Shown: positions 33,734 to 47,583 of the stretch, piece by piece
How positions within the stretch are numbered: position 1 is the stretch's first letter
Layout: the number at the start of each line of letters is the position of its first letter
Origin: an uncultured Acidobacteriota bacterium
GTDB taxonomy: Bacteria > Acidobacteriota > Terriglobia > Bryobacterales > UBA6623
NCBI GenBank assembly: GCA_963817465.1
Contig: CAWFOP010000007.1
Location: 302,856 to 366,855 of the forward strand
Length of the DNA stretch: 64,000 nt
Reading direction: 5' to 3'
Translations under genes and position numbers: made by a program
The notes under the pieces: generated by a model
The model's database searches: none
The model's input: the letters and a program-made list of their open reading frames with translations, nothing else
Told to the model about the DNA's origin: nothing

Positions 33734-34639
33734 TTATCCTCGTCCTGCCGGCTTCCGCGGTCCGCCTAGCGCCTCGAAGCCCGAGACTACATCGAACAGT
33801 TCCTCGTCGATACCGCTTTGACGCAGACCGTGGAACGCGGCGTGGAGATTCTCCAGCAGTTCATCGATGTTCTTGTCGGCGCGTTGCATCGCCGCGAGAC
33901 GGCTCGCGTTCTCGCTCGCCAGAGATCCGGCGCACGCCCGGAACAGGGATACGAAAAGATATTCGCGGATGAGCGCCCGCCATGTCGTCGTGCCGCCGCT
34001 CATGACCTCGGGCAAGTTTCTCGTCGGCCAGGGAAGCTCGGCCAACTTACGCCGCCAGTCTTCGTCCAGCGGCAGCAGTCTCTGACTAACGGGCGCATAG
34101 ACCGCCCCGGACATGGGGCGGTTGTAGAAGAGGTGGAGCTCGGTGACTTCGCCCTTGCTGTGGCGCGCCTCGCTCTCGACGAGAATCCGCCCGACGAGCG
34201 GGGTTATGGCCTGGACCGAGTTCGGGACGGGGAACAACCCGATTAGCGGCAGGCCCGTGTCGGCCAGCCGCGCCTGCACGCGCTCCCCGACGGCCCATAC
34301 CTCGGCTCTGGCCGGCAGGGCCGCCAGCGTCTTGACCGCATAGTCGGCCACCACGTCGTTGAACTGCCCCACCAGGCCCTGGTCGGAACCGAATACTACC
34401 GCGCCGATCGCAGCGCCGACTCTTTGCCCACCCTGTTGCGCGGCCAAGGGCGATCGATTGGCCCGGAAACATGCGCCTAAGCCCAACTCGACGGTGCGGT
34501 AGTAGTCGTCCAAGGCGAGCACCGATCTCTCGTATTGACCAATGCTCGAGGCGGCCACGGCCTTCATCGTGCGGACGACCGATTGGAGGTCGCCCGCCGC
34601 GCGGATCTTGCGGCGAAGGGTCGCCGTGGTGTCGCTCAT
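33734..34639 (-). CDS. atpG: N-ATPase gamma subunit
   Basis: TLRRKIRAAGDLQSVVRTMKAVAASS.. and a C-terminus ..ASRLAAMQRADKNIDELLENL. Last gene of the atpDCQRBEFAG order. Confidence 0.85.
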   Translation of the reverse strand: MSDTTATLRRKIRAAGDLQSVVRTMKAVAASSIGQYERSVLALDDYYRTVELGLGACFRANRSPLAAQQGGQRVGAAIGAVVFGSDQGLVGQFNDVVADYAVKTLAALPARAEVWAVGERVQARLADTGLPLIGLFPVPNSVQAITPLVGRILVESEARHSKGEVTELHLFYNRPMSGAVYAPVSQRLLPLDEDWRRKLAELPWPTRNLPEVMSGGTTTWRALIREYLFVSLFRACAGSLASENASRLAAMQRADKNIDELLENLHAAFHGLRQSGIDEELFDVVSGFEALGGPRKPAGRG

Positions 34640-36182
34640 GCCTTCTCCTCGGGCGCGGGTTGAGGCTGGAAGGGGGCAAGCGATTTGCGAGCAATTTCGA
34701 CGATGGCCGCCCGATCCGCATCGCTTAGTGATTCCGCCGTATTCAGTCGTTCGCGCACCTCGGCGGGGATATCCGCCGCCGCCTCGGAGAGGGCGCTCTC
34801 GGCGGCTTTCATGTGGTCAAGCGGCACCTGGTCGAAGAGCTCCGCGGTCAACGCCAGCAGCACGGCGATCTGCGCGGGCACGGAGACGGGAGCGAACTCC
34901 GGCTGCTTGAGGCAGGCGCGGATTCGCCGCCCGTGTTCGATCGTCTTGCGGGAGTCCTGATCCAAGCGCGCGCCGAACCGGGTAAAGGTTTCGAGCTCTT
35001 CAAACTGCGCGTAGGCAAGCTTGAGGTCGCCGGCCACCGCCCGGTAGGCGGCCTTTTGCGCCTTCCCCCCACGCGCGATACCGATCGGCCGACATCGACC
35101 GCGGGCAGCACGCCTAGTTCGAACAGCGACGGCGACAGATAGATCTGTCCGTCGGTGATCGAGATTAAGTTCGTAGGGATGTAGGCGGAGATGTTCTGCG
35201 CTTCGGTCTCGATGATGGGCAGCGCCGTGAGCGAGCCGCCGCCAAGCTCCGCGCGCAAATGGGTGGAGCGTTCGAGAAGGCGCGAGTGGATATAAAAAAT
35301 GTCACCGGGGAAGGCTTCGCGTCCGGGCGGGCGGCGCAGCAGCAAAGAGAGCTCGCGATAGGCGCGGGCGTGCTGCGTGAGGTCGTCGTAAACGATCAGC
35401 ACGTCGCGGCCCTCTTCCATAAACCGCTCGGCGATGCTGGTCGCCGCGTACGGGGCGATATAGGCAAGGCCGGGCGGATCATCGCCTTCGGCCACGACAA
35501 CCACGGTGTACTCCATCGCGCCCTTCTCCTTCAAGTTGGCCACGGCCTTGGCCACGGAGGAAGCGCGCTGCCCGATGGCGCAATAAACACACACGATGTC
35601 CTGGCCCTTCTGGTTCAGGATGGCGTCGATCGCGATGGCGGTTTTGCCCGTTTGCCTGTCGCCCAGAATCAACTCGCGCTGGCCGCGCCCAACGGGAATG
35701 AGCGCGTCAATTACTTTCAGACCTGTCTGAAGCGGCTCCGTGACGGGCGCACGATCCATGATTGGCGCGGCAGGACGTTCGATCGGCAGGCGCCCGCCGG
35801 CGGCCACAGGACCGTTGTCATCGAGCGGTCGGCTGAGCGGATCGATGACGCGTCCGAGCAGACCGCCTCCCACCGCCACATCCATGACCCTGCCCGTGCG
35901 CTCGACTTCATCGCCCGCATGCAGATGCGAATACTCGCCGAGCAGGACGACGTCGACGTCATCCTCATCGACGTTGAAGGCGATGCCGAACACGCCGCCG
36001 GGAAACTGAATCAGCTCCTCAAAGCCCACGCCGGGGAGGCCGGAGACCTTTGCAATGCCGGTCGAGACCGAAGTGATCGTTCCGACCTCGCGCAGCCCAA
36101 GCCGCGGAACAAACCCTTCGCGTACTTGGCGTAAGCCGCTAAACGCGCGGTCGAGATCGTTCTGGAGGCTCTCGGGTTCCAT
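34636..36182 (-). pseudogene. atpA: N-ATPase alpha subunit, frame broken at a G6 run (plus-strand C6 35065-35070) or assembly indel
   Basis: ORF 34848..36182 carries GDRQTGKT (Walker A) up to ..[12 protein letters not shown] and then goes out of frame. ORF 34636..35037 continues ..[17 protein letters not shown].. One additional G restores [19 protein letters not shown]. Confidence 0.85.
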
Positions 36183-36184
36183 GC

Positions 36185-36979
36185 TTATTGGCTCGCCGCC
36201 AAGGGTTCAGGCTCTGGTCCGGACTGCTCTTGCATGAGCCCGTTGACGGCCCGCTCCATCGACGTCAGATAGTCCTCAATGCTCCAGGCCACCTTCTGTC
36301 CGTTGGCGGTGAGCTCGATGCCGCCGATCAAACCGGGCGCTGTCTCGAATTGAACGTGGATCTCGGCGGAGAACATCTCGTTGAGCGCATTCCGTATCGC
36401 CGAGCGCTGCACCGCGGGCAGTTCCAACACGCTGCGCACGATCGCTGGATCAGAAGCGGACGTCAGGGCCTCCCCGAGGCCTTGCTTGGCCTTGTCGTCC
36501 AGCTCCCGCAAGCGGTCCACAAATACGCTGCACAGGCGCTCTTCCAAAGCGGTCGCGGCAAGATCGGCCAGGACTTTGCGCGAGATGGCAAACACTTCTT
36601 GCTGCGCCCGGAGGGCAATGGCTTGGTGTAGATCCCGCTGCTCGTTCTCCAATCTCTCCCGCCGTTTGGAGCTGAGCGCATCCGCCGCGCTCCGCGCCTC
36701 ATCGAGGAGACGGCCGCGTTCGGCCTGCGCCTCGTCCGTCGCTTGACTCAGCATTGCGGCGCGCTGCTTGTCGAACTCTTCGTTCTTGCTCCGGAACGCG
36801 TCCCGTTCCTTCTTGGCTTCCGCCTTCTTCGCGTCGGCTTCCGCGAGCTCCGCCGCAATTCGTTTCTCTCGCTCGTCGATGGCCTGCAGGATCGGCTTGT
36901 AGAGAAACCGCTTCATCAACCACACCAAGATGAGGAAGTTGAGCGCCTGCGCGGCGACCGTGAACCAATCCACTAACAT
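36185..36979 (-). CDS. atpF: N-ATPase subunit b with delta/OSCP-like C-terminal extension
   Basis: N-terminal TM ([18 protein letters not shown]), a long charged helix, and a C-terminus ..[23 protein letters not shown] that resembles delta. The operon has no separate delta gene. Confidence 0.8.
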   Translation of the reverse strand: MLVDWFTVAAQALNFLILVWLMKRFLYKPILQAIDEREKRIAAELAEADAKKAEAKKERDAFRSKNEEFDKQRAAMLSQATDEAQAERGRLLDEARSAADALSSKRRERLENEQRDLHQAIALRAQQEVFAISRKVLADLAATALEERLCSVFVDRLRELDDKAKQGLGEALTSASDPAIVRSVLELPAVQRSAIRNALNEMFSAEIHVQFETAPGLIGGIELTANGQKVAWSIEDYLTSMERAVNGLMQEQSGPEPEPLAASQ

Positions 36980-36983
36980 GGGC

Positions 36984-37265
36984 TCACTTGCCCGCCGCTT
37001 GGGCGATGGCGTGATTCCAGAATGGGTTGGCGAAGATAAGAATCATCGACACCACGAAGCAGTAGATGGCGGTGGACTCAATCATCGCCAGGCCCACGAA
37101 CAAGGTTCGCGTAATTGTGGCGGAAGCGTCCGGCTGCTGCGCGAGGGAACTCAGAGCCGACGCGACCGCTTTGCCCTCCGCCAAGGCGGGCGCCATGGTG
37201 CCGAAACCGGTGGTAAGGCCGGCGATGACAATCGACGCCACTGCGATCATAGTTAAGCTATCCAC
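36984..37265 (-). CDS. atpE: N-ATPase c subunit with complete Na+-binding signature
   Basis: ..AEGKAVASALSSLAQQPDASATITRTLFVGLAMIESTAIYCFVVSMILIFANPF. The start is either GTG 37265 or ATG 37250. Confidence 0.85.
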   Translation of the reverse strand: MDSLTMIAVASIVIAGLTTGFGTMAPALAEGKAVASALSSLAQQPDASATITRTLFVGLAMIESTAIYCFVVSMILIFANPFWNHAIAQAAGK

Positions 37266-37296
37266 AATATTTAATTTCCTCTCAGTTTCTCGGAGG

Positions 37297-37998
37297 TTAC
37301 GCCGCAACGCCTTCCGCGGCTTCAGCCTTGGGTTTACTCACCCTCGTGGCGGCGGCGATATACACCGCGGCTAGAATGCTGAAAATGTAGGCCTGCACCA
37401 TGCCGGTAAGCAGACCGAGCAGGGTCATGACGATCGGGAATACGAACGGCGTAATCGTGAGCAGGATGGCGATAATCATCGCTCCGCTCATCATGTTGCC
37501 GAACAAGCGGACGGCCAGAGCCAGGGTGCGCGACAGCTCGCTGATGATATTGAACGGCAGCATGATTAACGTCGGCTGCACATAGGATCCAAGATAGCCG
37601 CCCAATCCACGCTCTTCGATCCCGAACAACGGCACGGCGACAAATACGCTCAGCGCGAGCGCGACCGTCGTCGAAAGCGACCCTGTCGGCGGCTCGTAGC
37701 CCGGAATGACCGTAGCGAGGCTCGCCGCCGCGACGAACAGAAAGAGCGTGCCTAAAAAGCCGAGATACTTGTGCGGCTCACTCAATCCCACTTCTTTAAT
37801 TTGTTTCACGATGCCCGTGACGACGATCTCCAACAAGTTCTGCCAGCGGGAGCGTTCCAAACCCTTGGCCAGTTTGCGCGTAATCAGCCACGACCCAATG
37901 ACCAAAACGAGCATCAGCGCCCAGGTGAACGCGATAGTGGCGTTGAGTTTGAGAAACCCCAGGCGCCAAAAGATCATCTCGTCAGGGCTAAGGCGCAT
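37297..37998 (-). CDS. atpB: N-ATPase a subunit
   Basis: ELSRTLALAVRLFGNMMSG contains the essential Arg of subunit a. There are multiple TM segments. Confidence 0.85.
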   Translation of the reverse strand: MRLSPDEMIFWRLGFLKLNATIAFTWALMLVLVIGSWLITRKLAKGLERSRWQNLLEIVVTGIVKQIKEVGLSEPHKYLGFLGTLFLFVAAASLATVIPGYEPPTGSLSTTVALALSVFVAVPLFGIEERGLGGYLGSYVQPTLIMLPFNIISELSRTLALAVRLFGNMMSGAMIIAILLTITPFVFPIVMTLLGLLTGMVQAYIFSILAAVYIAAATRVSKPKAEAAEGVAA

Positions 37999-38302
37999 GG
38001 CTGCCCTCCGAAACCTGAGCGGGGCGCGTCTGCACCGGCGACCGCGTGAACCATGTCACGACCAAGCGCGCCGCGATAAACCCCAGCAGGCATGCCAGCA
38101 GCGTCCTCCAACCGTCGCTAGCCACGAGGTAGAAGCCCGCCAGCACGACGCTCGTGCGCAGCAACAGGCTGCCCAAAAACCACAGCGCCGCATGTTCGGA
38201 CGGCAATCCCTTGCGAATCGTCCACCACAGGCCGCCGAAGAAAATCACGCCGAGCAAGACGCCCGTCGCCAAGGCCGGCAAGAGGCTCGTAGTCTCAGCC
38301 AT
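37988..38302 (-). CDS. atpR: N-ATPase accessory membrane protein AtpR
   Basis: MAETTSLLPALATGVLLGVIFFGGLWWTIRKG.., about 104 aa with 3 TM segments. It occupies the R position of atpDCQRBEFAG. Confidence 0.7.
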   Translation of the reverse strand: MAETTSLLPALATGVLLGVIFFGGLWWTIRKGLPSEHAALWFLGSLLLRTSVVLAGFYLVASDGWRTLLACLLGFIAARLVVTWFTRSPVQTRPAQVSEGSHAP

Positions 38303-38625
38303 TACCGTTCTCCTGTTCCTCTCGCATTTCCTTTTCTTCCTTCGCCACCCAATGCCAGGCGTTGAAACAACCGACCGCAAGGCCGACGATCAGCAGGGCC
38401 AGCGTCCACGAATGGCGCGATGGGTAGCGACCATCAAGCCAGATGCCAAGCGCCGCGCCAAGCAGCGTTGGAATCGTCACTGACCACCCGATAAGCCCCA
38501 TCATTCCCAAGCCGAACCAGACTCCCTGCGTCGGGTTGCGCCGCGCCTTGAGCTTACGCTCCGCCTTCGCGCCGACCTGCTCGCCGAGGGTAGGTCCGCC
38601 TTGCGGGGGTCTGCTGGGCGACCGC

Positions 38626-38633
<8 letters not shown>
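38295..38633 (-). CDS. atpQ: N-ATPase accessory membrane protein AtpQ (AtpZ/AtpI-like)
   Basis: Internal ATG 38633. ..GVWFGLGMMGLIGWSVTIPTLLGAALGIWLD..WTLALLIVGLAVGCFNAW.. Overlaps its neighbours by 8 nt on each side. Confidence 0.7.
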
Positions 38634-41385
<2,752 letters not shown>

Positions 41386-41519
41386 GCGCTTTTCTCTTGC
41401 GCGGGTAGAGGAACCTCGTCCCCGTCGTCTTGCCGGCGTTCGATCACCCGCGGCGAAGGTTGAAACCAAAACCTCGACCGTACAGTGATCCACGTACAGT
41501 GATCCAGACGTGTCTGAGC

Positions 41520-43898
41520 TTATTCACGGTTCAGATCCCACTTCCAATTTCGGATCTCCGGCAGGTCCTGCCCATGCTTGTCGATGTACCGCTTGTGTTC
41601 GATGAGCTTGTCCTCGAGATTCTGCTTTAGCGCGGCGCCCTTTTGGCCTGTCTGCGGCAAGCGGTTGATGGCGTCCATCGCCAGGTGGAAGCGGTCCAGG
41701 TCATTCAGCACGGTCATATCGAAGGGAGTGGTGATGGTCCCTTCCTCCTTGTAGCCGCGGACGTGCATATGGTCGTGGTTGGTGCGGCGGTAGGTCAGCC
41801 GGTGGATCAACCACGGGTAAGCATGGAAGGCGAAGATGATCGGCTTGTTCTTGGTGAAAAGCGCGTCGAACGCCTCGTCGCTCAATCCGTGCGGGTGCTC
41901 GGCTTGCGGCTGCAGCTTCATCAGGTCGACGACGTTGACGACGCGAACTCTTAGCTCGGGCAGATGCTCGCGCAGGATGGATACGGCGGCGAGCGTCTCG
42001 ACAGTGGGCACGTCGCCGCAACAGGCCATCACCACATCCGGCTCCAAGCCTTGATCATTGCTGGCCCATTTCCAGACGCCGATGCCCTCGGTACAGTGCT
42101 TGACGGCGGCGTCCATCGTCAACCACTGCGGCGCTTGGTACTTGCCCGCGATGACGACGTTGACGTAGTGGCGGCTGCGCAAGCAGTGATCCCAGACCGA
42201 GAGCAGACAGTTGGCGTCCGGCGGAAGATAGACGCGCACGACGGAGGCCTTCTTGTTCACGACGTGATCGATGAAGCCGGGGTCCTGATGCGTAAAGCCG
42301 TTGTGCATTTGCTGCCAAACATGGGATGCCAGCAGGTAGTTCAGCGATGCGATCTTCCGCCGCCAGGGCAGTTCCGCCGTGACCTTCAGCCATTTGGCGT
42401 GCTGATTGAACATCGAGTCGATGATGTGAATGAACGCCTCGTAGCAGTTGAAGAGCCCGTGCCGGCCAGTGAGCAGGTAGCCTTCCAGCCAGCCTTCGCA
42501 TTGATGCTCGCTCAGCATCTCGATGACGCGACCTTGCAGAGCGAGGAACTCATCGTTGTCCTGCGTTCGTGCGTCCCACTGCCGGCTGGTCTCGTCGAAC
42601 ACGGCGTTCAGGCGATTCGATAGCGTTTCGTCGGGCCCGAAGATCCGGAAATTCCGCTGCTCCTGGTTGAGCTTCACCACGTCGCGCAGGAATACGCCGA
42701 GCTCGTGCGTGTCCGCCGCGTTAACGGACCCGGGCGACGGCACCTCGACCGCGTATTCGCGAAAGTCCGGCATGACCAGGTCACGCAGCAGCAGCCCGCC
42801 GTTGGCGTGGGGATTGGCGCCCATGCGGCGATCACCCTGCGGCGCGAGCTCCGCCAGCTCCGGTTTCAACCGGCCCTGCTCATCGAAGAGCTCCTCCGGG
42901 CGGTAGCTTCGCAGCCAGTCCTCCAAAATCCGGAGGTGCTCCGGGTGGGCGGCGGGATCGGAAAGCGGCACTTGGTGGGCGCGGAAAGTCCCCTCGATTT
43001 GAACGCCGTCGACCCATTTGGGTCCCGTCCAACCCTTCGGCGATTTGAGGACGATCATCGGCCAGCGAGGGCGCATCGTGTTGCCGTCCGTGCGAGCGCT
43101 GCGCTGGATCCGCTTGATCTCTTCCACCACACGGTCGAGGGTCGCGGCCATCGCCTCGTGCATCAGCTCGGGGTCGTCGCCCTCGACGTAGTAAGGGATC
43201 CAGCCGCAACCTCGCAAGCACTGGTCCAGTTCCTCCGGCTCGATGCGTGCGAAGACGGTCGGGTTCGCAATCTTGTATCCGTTCAGGTGCAAGATCGGCA
43301 GCACGGCGCCGTCGGTCGCCGCGTCCAGAAACTTGTTGGAATGCCACGCCGTAGCCAGCGGACCCGTCTCCGCTTCGCCGTCGCCCACGACGCAGGCGAC
43401 GATCAGATCAGGGTTGTCGAAAACGGCCCCGAACGAATGGCTGAGCGAATAGCCTAGTTCCCCGCCCTCGTGGATCGAGCCGGGACACTCCGGCGAGGCG
43501 TGGCTGGGAATTCCTCCGGGAAACGAGAACTGAAGAAAGAGCTTCTGAAGCCCGGCCTCATCCTGGCTGATGTCGGGATAGATCTCGCTGTACGTGCCCT
43601 CCAGGTAAGTGTTGCCCACGACGGCCGGACCGCCGTGCCCGGGGCCGCAGACGTAGATCATGTCGAGGTCGTATTTCTTGATGACCCGGTTCAAATGCAC
43701 GTAGATGAAGTTCTGCCCGGGGGTGGTGCCCCAGTGGCCGAGCAGCATGTGCTTGATATCCGTGAGCGCCAGCGGCCTCTTCAGCAGCGGATTGGCGAAC
43801 AGATAGATCTGTCCGACCGACAAATAGTTCGCCGCGCGCCAATAGGCGTCTATTTTGCTTAACAATTCCGGGCTCAGTGTGTTTGCTTCTGTTTCCAT
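41520..43898 (-). CDS. xfp: xylulose-5-P/fructose-6-P phosphoketolase
   Basis: [18 protein letters not shown].., [38 protein letters not shown]. Confidence 0.9.
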   Translation of the reverse strand: METEANTLSPELLSKIDAYWRAANYLSVGQIYLFANPLLKRPLALTDIKHMLLGHWGTTPGQNFIYVHLNRVIKKYDLDMIYVCGPGHGGPAVVGNTYLEGTYSEIYPDISQDEAGLQKLFLQFSFPGGIPSHASPECPGSIHEGGELGYSLSHSFGAVFDNPDLIVACVVGDGEAETGPLATAWHSNKFLDAATDGAVLPILHLNGYKIANPTVFARIEPEELDQCLRGCGWIPYYVEGDDPELMHEAMAATLDRVVEEIKRIQRSARTDGNTMRPRWPMIVLKSPKGWTGPKWVDGVQIEGTFRAHQVPLSDPAAHPEHLRILEDWLRSYRPEELFDEQGRLKPELAELAPQGDRRMGANPHANGGLLLRDLVMPDFREYAVEVPSPGSVNAADTHELGVFLRDVVKLNQEQRNFRIFGPDETLSNRLNAVFDETSRQWDARTQDNDEFLALQGRVIEMLSEHQCEGWLEGYLLTGRHGLFNCYEAFIHIIDSMFNQHAKWLKVTAELPWRRKIASLNYLLASHVWQQMHNGFTHQDPGFIDHVVNKKASVVRVYLPPDANCLLSVWDHCLRSRHYVNVVIAGKYQAPQWLTMDAAVKHCTEGIGVWKWASNDQGLEPDVVMACCGDVPTVETLAAVSILREHLPELRVRVVNVVDLMKLQPQAEHPHGLSDEAFDALFTKNKPIIFAFHAYPWLIHRLTYRRTNHDHMHVRGYKEEGTITTPFDMTVLNDLDRFHLAMDAINRLPQTGQKGAALKQNLEDKLIEHKRYIDKHGQDLPEIRNWKWDLNRE

Positions 43899-43960
43899 GT
43901 TTCGCAATCCATTGCCTCTTTATCGCTTGCTGTCGTATCACTCGCGTTCCGACGGCGCCG

Positions 43961-45889
43961 TCATAGATCGTGGATCACTTGAGGAGGGAAGGCGGCCCGC
44001 AAGGCGTTCAGCACGGCCAGAACGTCGATGACTTCCTGAGTGATGGCGCCGCTTACCGGACTTAAGTGACCGCCGGCTGCGAAGACCATGCCGATGACGC
44101 TCAGCGCCATGCCGCCCACCGCGCTCTGCAACGCGATGACTCGCATCCGGCGGCTGATGTGCATGAACTCGTCCACCTTCTCGAGGGAGTTGTCCATCAC
44201 CACGACTCCCGCCGCTTCGGCGGTGACATCGCTGTTCTGTCCGATCGCCATACCGACGGTGGCGGCCATCATTGCCGGAGCGTCGTTGATGCCGTCCCCC
44301 ACGTAAAGGGTCTTGGCGGCGGCTGTCTCCTCCCGCACGATGGCGAGCTTCTCTTCGGGACTCTTCTCAGCGTAGACGTCGGTGATGCCTACCTGCTCGG
44401 CGAGGTAGCGCACCTCCGACTCGCGATCCCCCGACACGATCAGCACGCGTGAGAACTGGTGTTTTGGACCCAGATGGCTGACGAAGGAGCGGCTCTCCGC
44501 CCGCGGCGCGTCACGGAAGCGCAAGGCCGCCGCATAGCGTTGATCGATCGTCACCACGCACTCGAGCCCGCCGGCGACAGGCGGAAGCTGATCGAGACCC
44601 GCGACCTGTTGAGCGCCAAGCCGGCCGCGGCTGGTGACTTGCACCTGGCGGCCGGAAACGGTTCCGCGCAGACCCTGGCCGGGCGGCTCGCTCACCTCGG
44701 CGGCCTCCGGGAGCGGAATCCCGTCCGCCTTCGCCGCCGCCAGAATGGCGTGCGCCAGCGGATGTTTCGAGTAGCGCTCCAGACCCGCCACGAGGGTCAG
44801 CACTTCCTTTTGGGCGAAGCCCGGGGCGACGAGTTGTTCGGTCAGCTTCGGCGCGCCGTAAGTCAGCGTTCCGGTCTTGTCGAAAATCGCGGTGCGACAC
44901 TCGGCGATCCGCTCGAGCGCCACCGGGCTCTTGACGATGATCGCCCGGCGGGCGCAAAGGGAAATCGAGCCGATGATGGCGATCGGTATCGCGATCAGCA
45001 GCGGGCATGGCGTGGCGATCACCAGCACAGCCAGGAAGCGAATGGATTCTCCGCTGAAGGCCCAGGCGAGCAGCGGCTACCGTCAGCGCCACCGGAGTAT
45101 AGATCGCGCCCAAGCGATCTCCCAGACGCCGCAACTGCGGTCGCTTCGCCTCGGACTCGCGCATGACTTCCATGATCTTTGCGTAGCGCGAATCGGCGGC
45201 GCGCTTGGTCGTGCGGATGGTCAGAGCCGATTCTCCGTTGATCGCGCCCGAGATCACCGTCGAGCCGGAGGTCTTGGTAATCTCGAACGGCTCGCCCGTC
45301 AGGTAGGATTCATCCATCACGCCGTGTCCCTCGATCACCACGCCGTCCACCGGGCAGATGTCATGCGGGTAAATCACGAGCGTGTCGCCCACGGCGACCT
45401 CGTGCAGCGCCACATCCACGATTTCCGATTCCCGTTTCCGATGGGCGATCGAAGGCATCCGCTTTGCTAGCGCGGCCAGCACCGAAGAGGCGCTGCGCAA
45501 CGCGTAACTCTCCAGCGCTTCACCTCCCGAGAGCATCAGGACGATAATCGAGCCGGCCAGGTATTCGCCCAGCAGGATGGAAGTGACGATGGAAATGCCG
45601 CCCAGCAGATCGGAACCGAATTCCCGCTTCAGGAGCTTCCGAAGCAGGTCATACAGAAGCGGCGGACCGCCGAGAGCGAGCGTCGCCAGCAAGGGGATCC
45701 GGTAAGCGCCCGGACTGCTGTGGAAGCCGAAGCGGAGCGCCACGATGCAAAAGCGATGGCGACGATCGAAAACGCCGCGATGACCGTGGTCTTGCGGCGC
45801 CGCAGACCGAACGGCGGCTCTTGACTCAACTGTGTCTCCGCCCGCTTCTCCGAAGCGACGGCGGGGGGATAGTCCAAGGTGGCCTTCAT
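43961..45889 (-). pseudogene. P1B-type (heavy-metal) P-type ATPase lacking N-terminal metal-binding domain; two frame breaks (~45744-45746 and ~45068-45075) or assembly indels
   Basis: Three consecutive ORFs (45629..45889, 44511..45743, 43961..45028) together read as one about 640-aa ATPase. Motifs: [19 protein letters not shown] (TPCP at the CPx position), [19 protein letters not shown]. Confidence 0.8.
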
Positions 45890-45966
45890 GCCGAATCTCC
45901 GCTTTGCAAGCGGTCAGGAGCGACGACGGCGGAGCCTCGAACTGAATTCATCGCCGGTCGTTAGCT

Positions 45967-46122
45967 TCAGTGGAACACGCCAAGCATATAGGCGATGAGT
46001 AGGATCACCAATACTGTGCCCACTCCTGTGCCGGCCCCGCCGCTGGGACCCCAACGGCTATGGCCGTAGTACCCTCCGCCGACGCCAAACAGCAACACCA
46101 AAATGACGATGAGTAAGAGCAT
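45967..46122 (-). CDS. 51-aa membrane protein (DUF3309-like)
   Basis: MLLLIVILVLLFGVGGGYYGHSRWGPSGGAGTGVGTVLVILLIAYMLGVFH. Internal ATG of the track ORF, with AGAAGGAA upstream. Confidence 0.6.
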   Translation of the reverse strand: MLLLIVILVLLFGVGGGYYGHSRWGPSGGAGTGVGTVLVILLIAYMLGVFH

Positions 46123-46247
46123 TGTCCGTTCCTTCTTTCTTCTGAGTCCTATAGCCCCGGTTGGCTTCTTTGAACTCAGCCCTTCCGGCGTGCCGCCCAA
46201 GAGCCTGCCGCGCAAGGCCGACGCTCGCCGTCAGTTCACCAGTGGGA

Positions 46248-46263
46248 AGCACGCCGCGTACCA
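46248..46263 (-). promoter_or_regulatory. candidate sigma54 -24/-12 promoter P4 (TGGTACGCGGCGTGCT)
   Basis: The minus strand reads TGGTAC-GCGGC-GTGCT, about 125 nt upstream of the DUF3309 start. Confidence 0.45.
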
Positions 46264-46328
46264 TCTTGCATGTCCCCTGGATTCGCAGGATTCACAGGGA
46301 TCCGGAGCGACCCTGATTGCCCGACACC

Positions 46329-46362
46329 TGACCGAGACTGGCCATATGACCAAATACGGTCA
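46329..46362. promoter_or_regulatory. tandem dyad pair D4: TGACC-GAGACT-GGCCA / TGACC-AAATAC-GGTCA
   Basis: Perfect dyad at 46347-46362, overlapping the ackA stop codon. A 9/10 copy at 46329-46344 is offset by 18 bp. Confidence 0.55.
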
Positions 46363-47583
46363 CTTGTCTTGGAGCGAGGCAGCCTCGAGGAAACGACAGA
46401 CTTCCCGGGCAATCATCAGTTCTTCATCGGTACGGATCACACGGACGGCAACCCTGCTTGCGCCGGTGGAAATCAGCGCTGAGCCCGCGGCGTTCCTGGC
46501 TTCGTCGAGCTCGATACCGAGAAATCCCAAACCGCTGCATACGCGGGCTCGCACTTCCACGGAGTTTTCGCCGATGCCGCCTGCGAACACCAGCGTCTCC
46601 ACTCCGCCGAGGACGGCCGCGAACGCCCCGATCCATTTGCGGGTTTGGTAGCAGAACAGCTCGACCGCCTCGGCGGCGCGGACATCGCTGTTCTGCCGCT
46701 CGATCAAATCGCGCATGTCGGAGCTGGTTTCTGAAACCCCCAGCAGGCCGGACTCATGATTGATCAAATGGTTGAACTGCTCGGGCGACAGATTCTCGGA
46801 GCGCATCATGTACCAGGCGACGCCGGGATCCAAGTCGCCGGGTCGCGTGCCCATCGGTAATCCGGCTGCCGGAGTGAATCCCATGCTGGTTTCGATGCTC
46901 TTGCCGCCTTGGACCGCCGCCAAGCTTGCTCCACCGCCAAGGTGAGCCAGGATCACCCTGCCTTGAGCCGTCTTCGCATCGGCCACGCGAGCCAGTTCGT
47001 CCATGAGGTAGGCATAGGACAGGCCGTGGAAACCGTATCGTTGAACGCCCTGCGCGTCGAACCGGCGGGGGATCGGCAAGAGCCGGGCCACACGCGGCAT
47101 GCCGCTGTGAAACGCCGTGTCAAAGCAGGCGACTTGAGGCAGCTTCGGCTGACGCTGCCGGAACGCCTCGATCAGCAGGATCTCCTGAGGCAGATGGTCC
47201 GGGTCATAGGGACTGATGCGACGCAGCTCCTCTAACAGGTCCTGCGTCACACGCTCGGGCCGGGTATAGCTCATGCCGTGGACCACGCGGTGTCCCACGG
47301 CCCTGACCGAAGCAAAATCAATCCGGCGTTCGAGCCAATCGATGAGGAAATCCGCCGCCGAGCTGTGATCGGAGGCTTCCAGGCTGCAACTGTCCCGCCG
47401 GTTCCCAGCCGCATCGCTGAATGTCAGATTCGTGCCGGGCAAGCCGATGCGGTCAACCTTCCCATGAAGATGTCGTTGGGGCGCCTCCTCCGTCTCATAC
47501 AGCGCGAACTTGATGCTCGACGAGCCGCCGTTGATCGTCAGGACCAATGGTTTGCCTGGTTTCGCCGATGATGTTTCCATCAT
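46360..47583 (-). CDS. ackA: acetate kinase
   Basis: VLTINGGSSSIKFALY, RVVHGM, GFHGLSY, ..VFAGGIGEN.. ATG 47583 overlaps the HAD stop (ATGA). Confidence 0.9.
   Translation of the reverse strand: MMETSSAKPGKPLVLTINGGSSSIKFALYETEEAPQRHLHGKVDRIGLPGTNLTFSDAAGNRRDSCSLEASDHSSAADFLIDWLERRIDFASVRAVGHRVVHGMSYTRPERVTQDLLEELRRISPYDPDHLPQEILLIEAFRQRQPKLPQVACFDTAFHSGMPRVARLLPIPRRFDAQGVQRYGFHGLSYAYLMDELARVADAKTAQGRVILAHLGGGASLAAVQGGKSIETSMGFTPAAGLPMGTRPGDLDPGVAWYMMRSENLSPEQFNHLINHESGLLGVSETSSDMRDLIERQNSDVRAAEAVELFCYQTRKWIGAFAAVLGGVETLVFAGGIGENSVEVRARVCSGLGFLGIELDEARNAAGSALISTGASRVAVRVIRTDEELMIAREVCRFLEAASLQDK

Noticed and set aside
42773-42783. TGACC-A-GGTCA inside xfp, and TGACG-N7-GGTCA at 6847-6863 inside the DAC gene, considered as extra EBP sites
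   Set aside because: The half-site spacing is wrong (1 and 7 nt instead of 6). Neither has an 18-bp-offset partner or a downstream -24/-12 element, and both lie within coding sequence.
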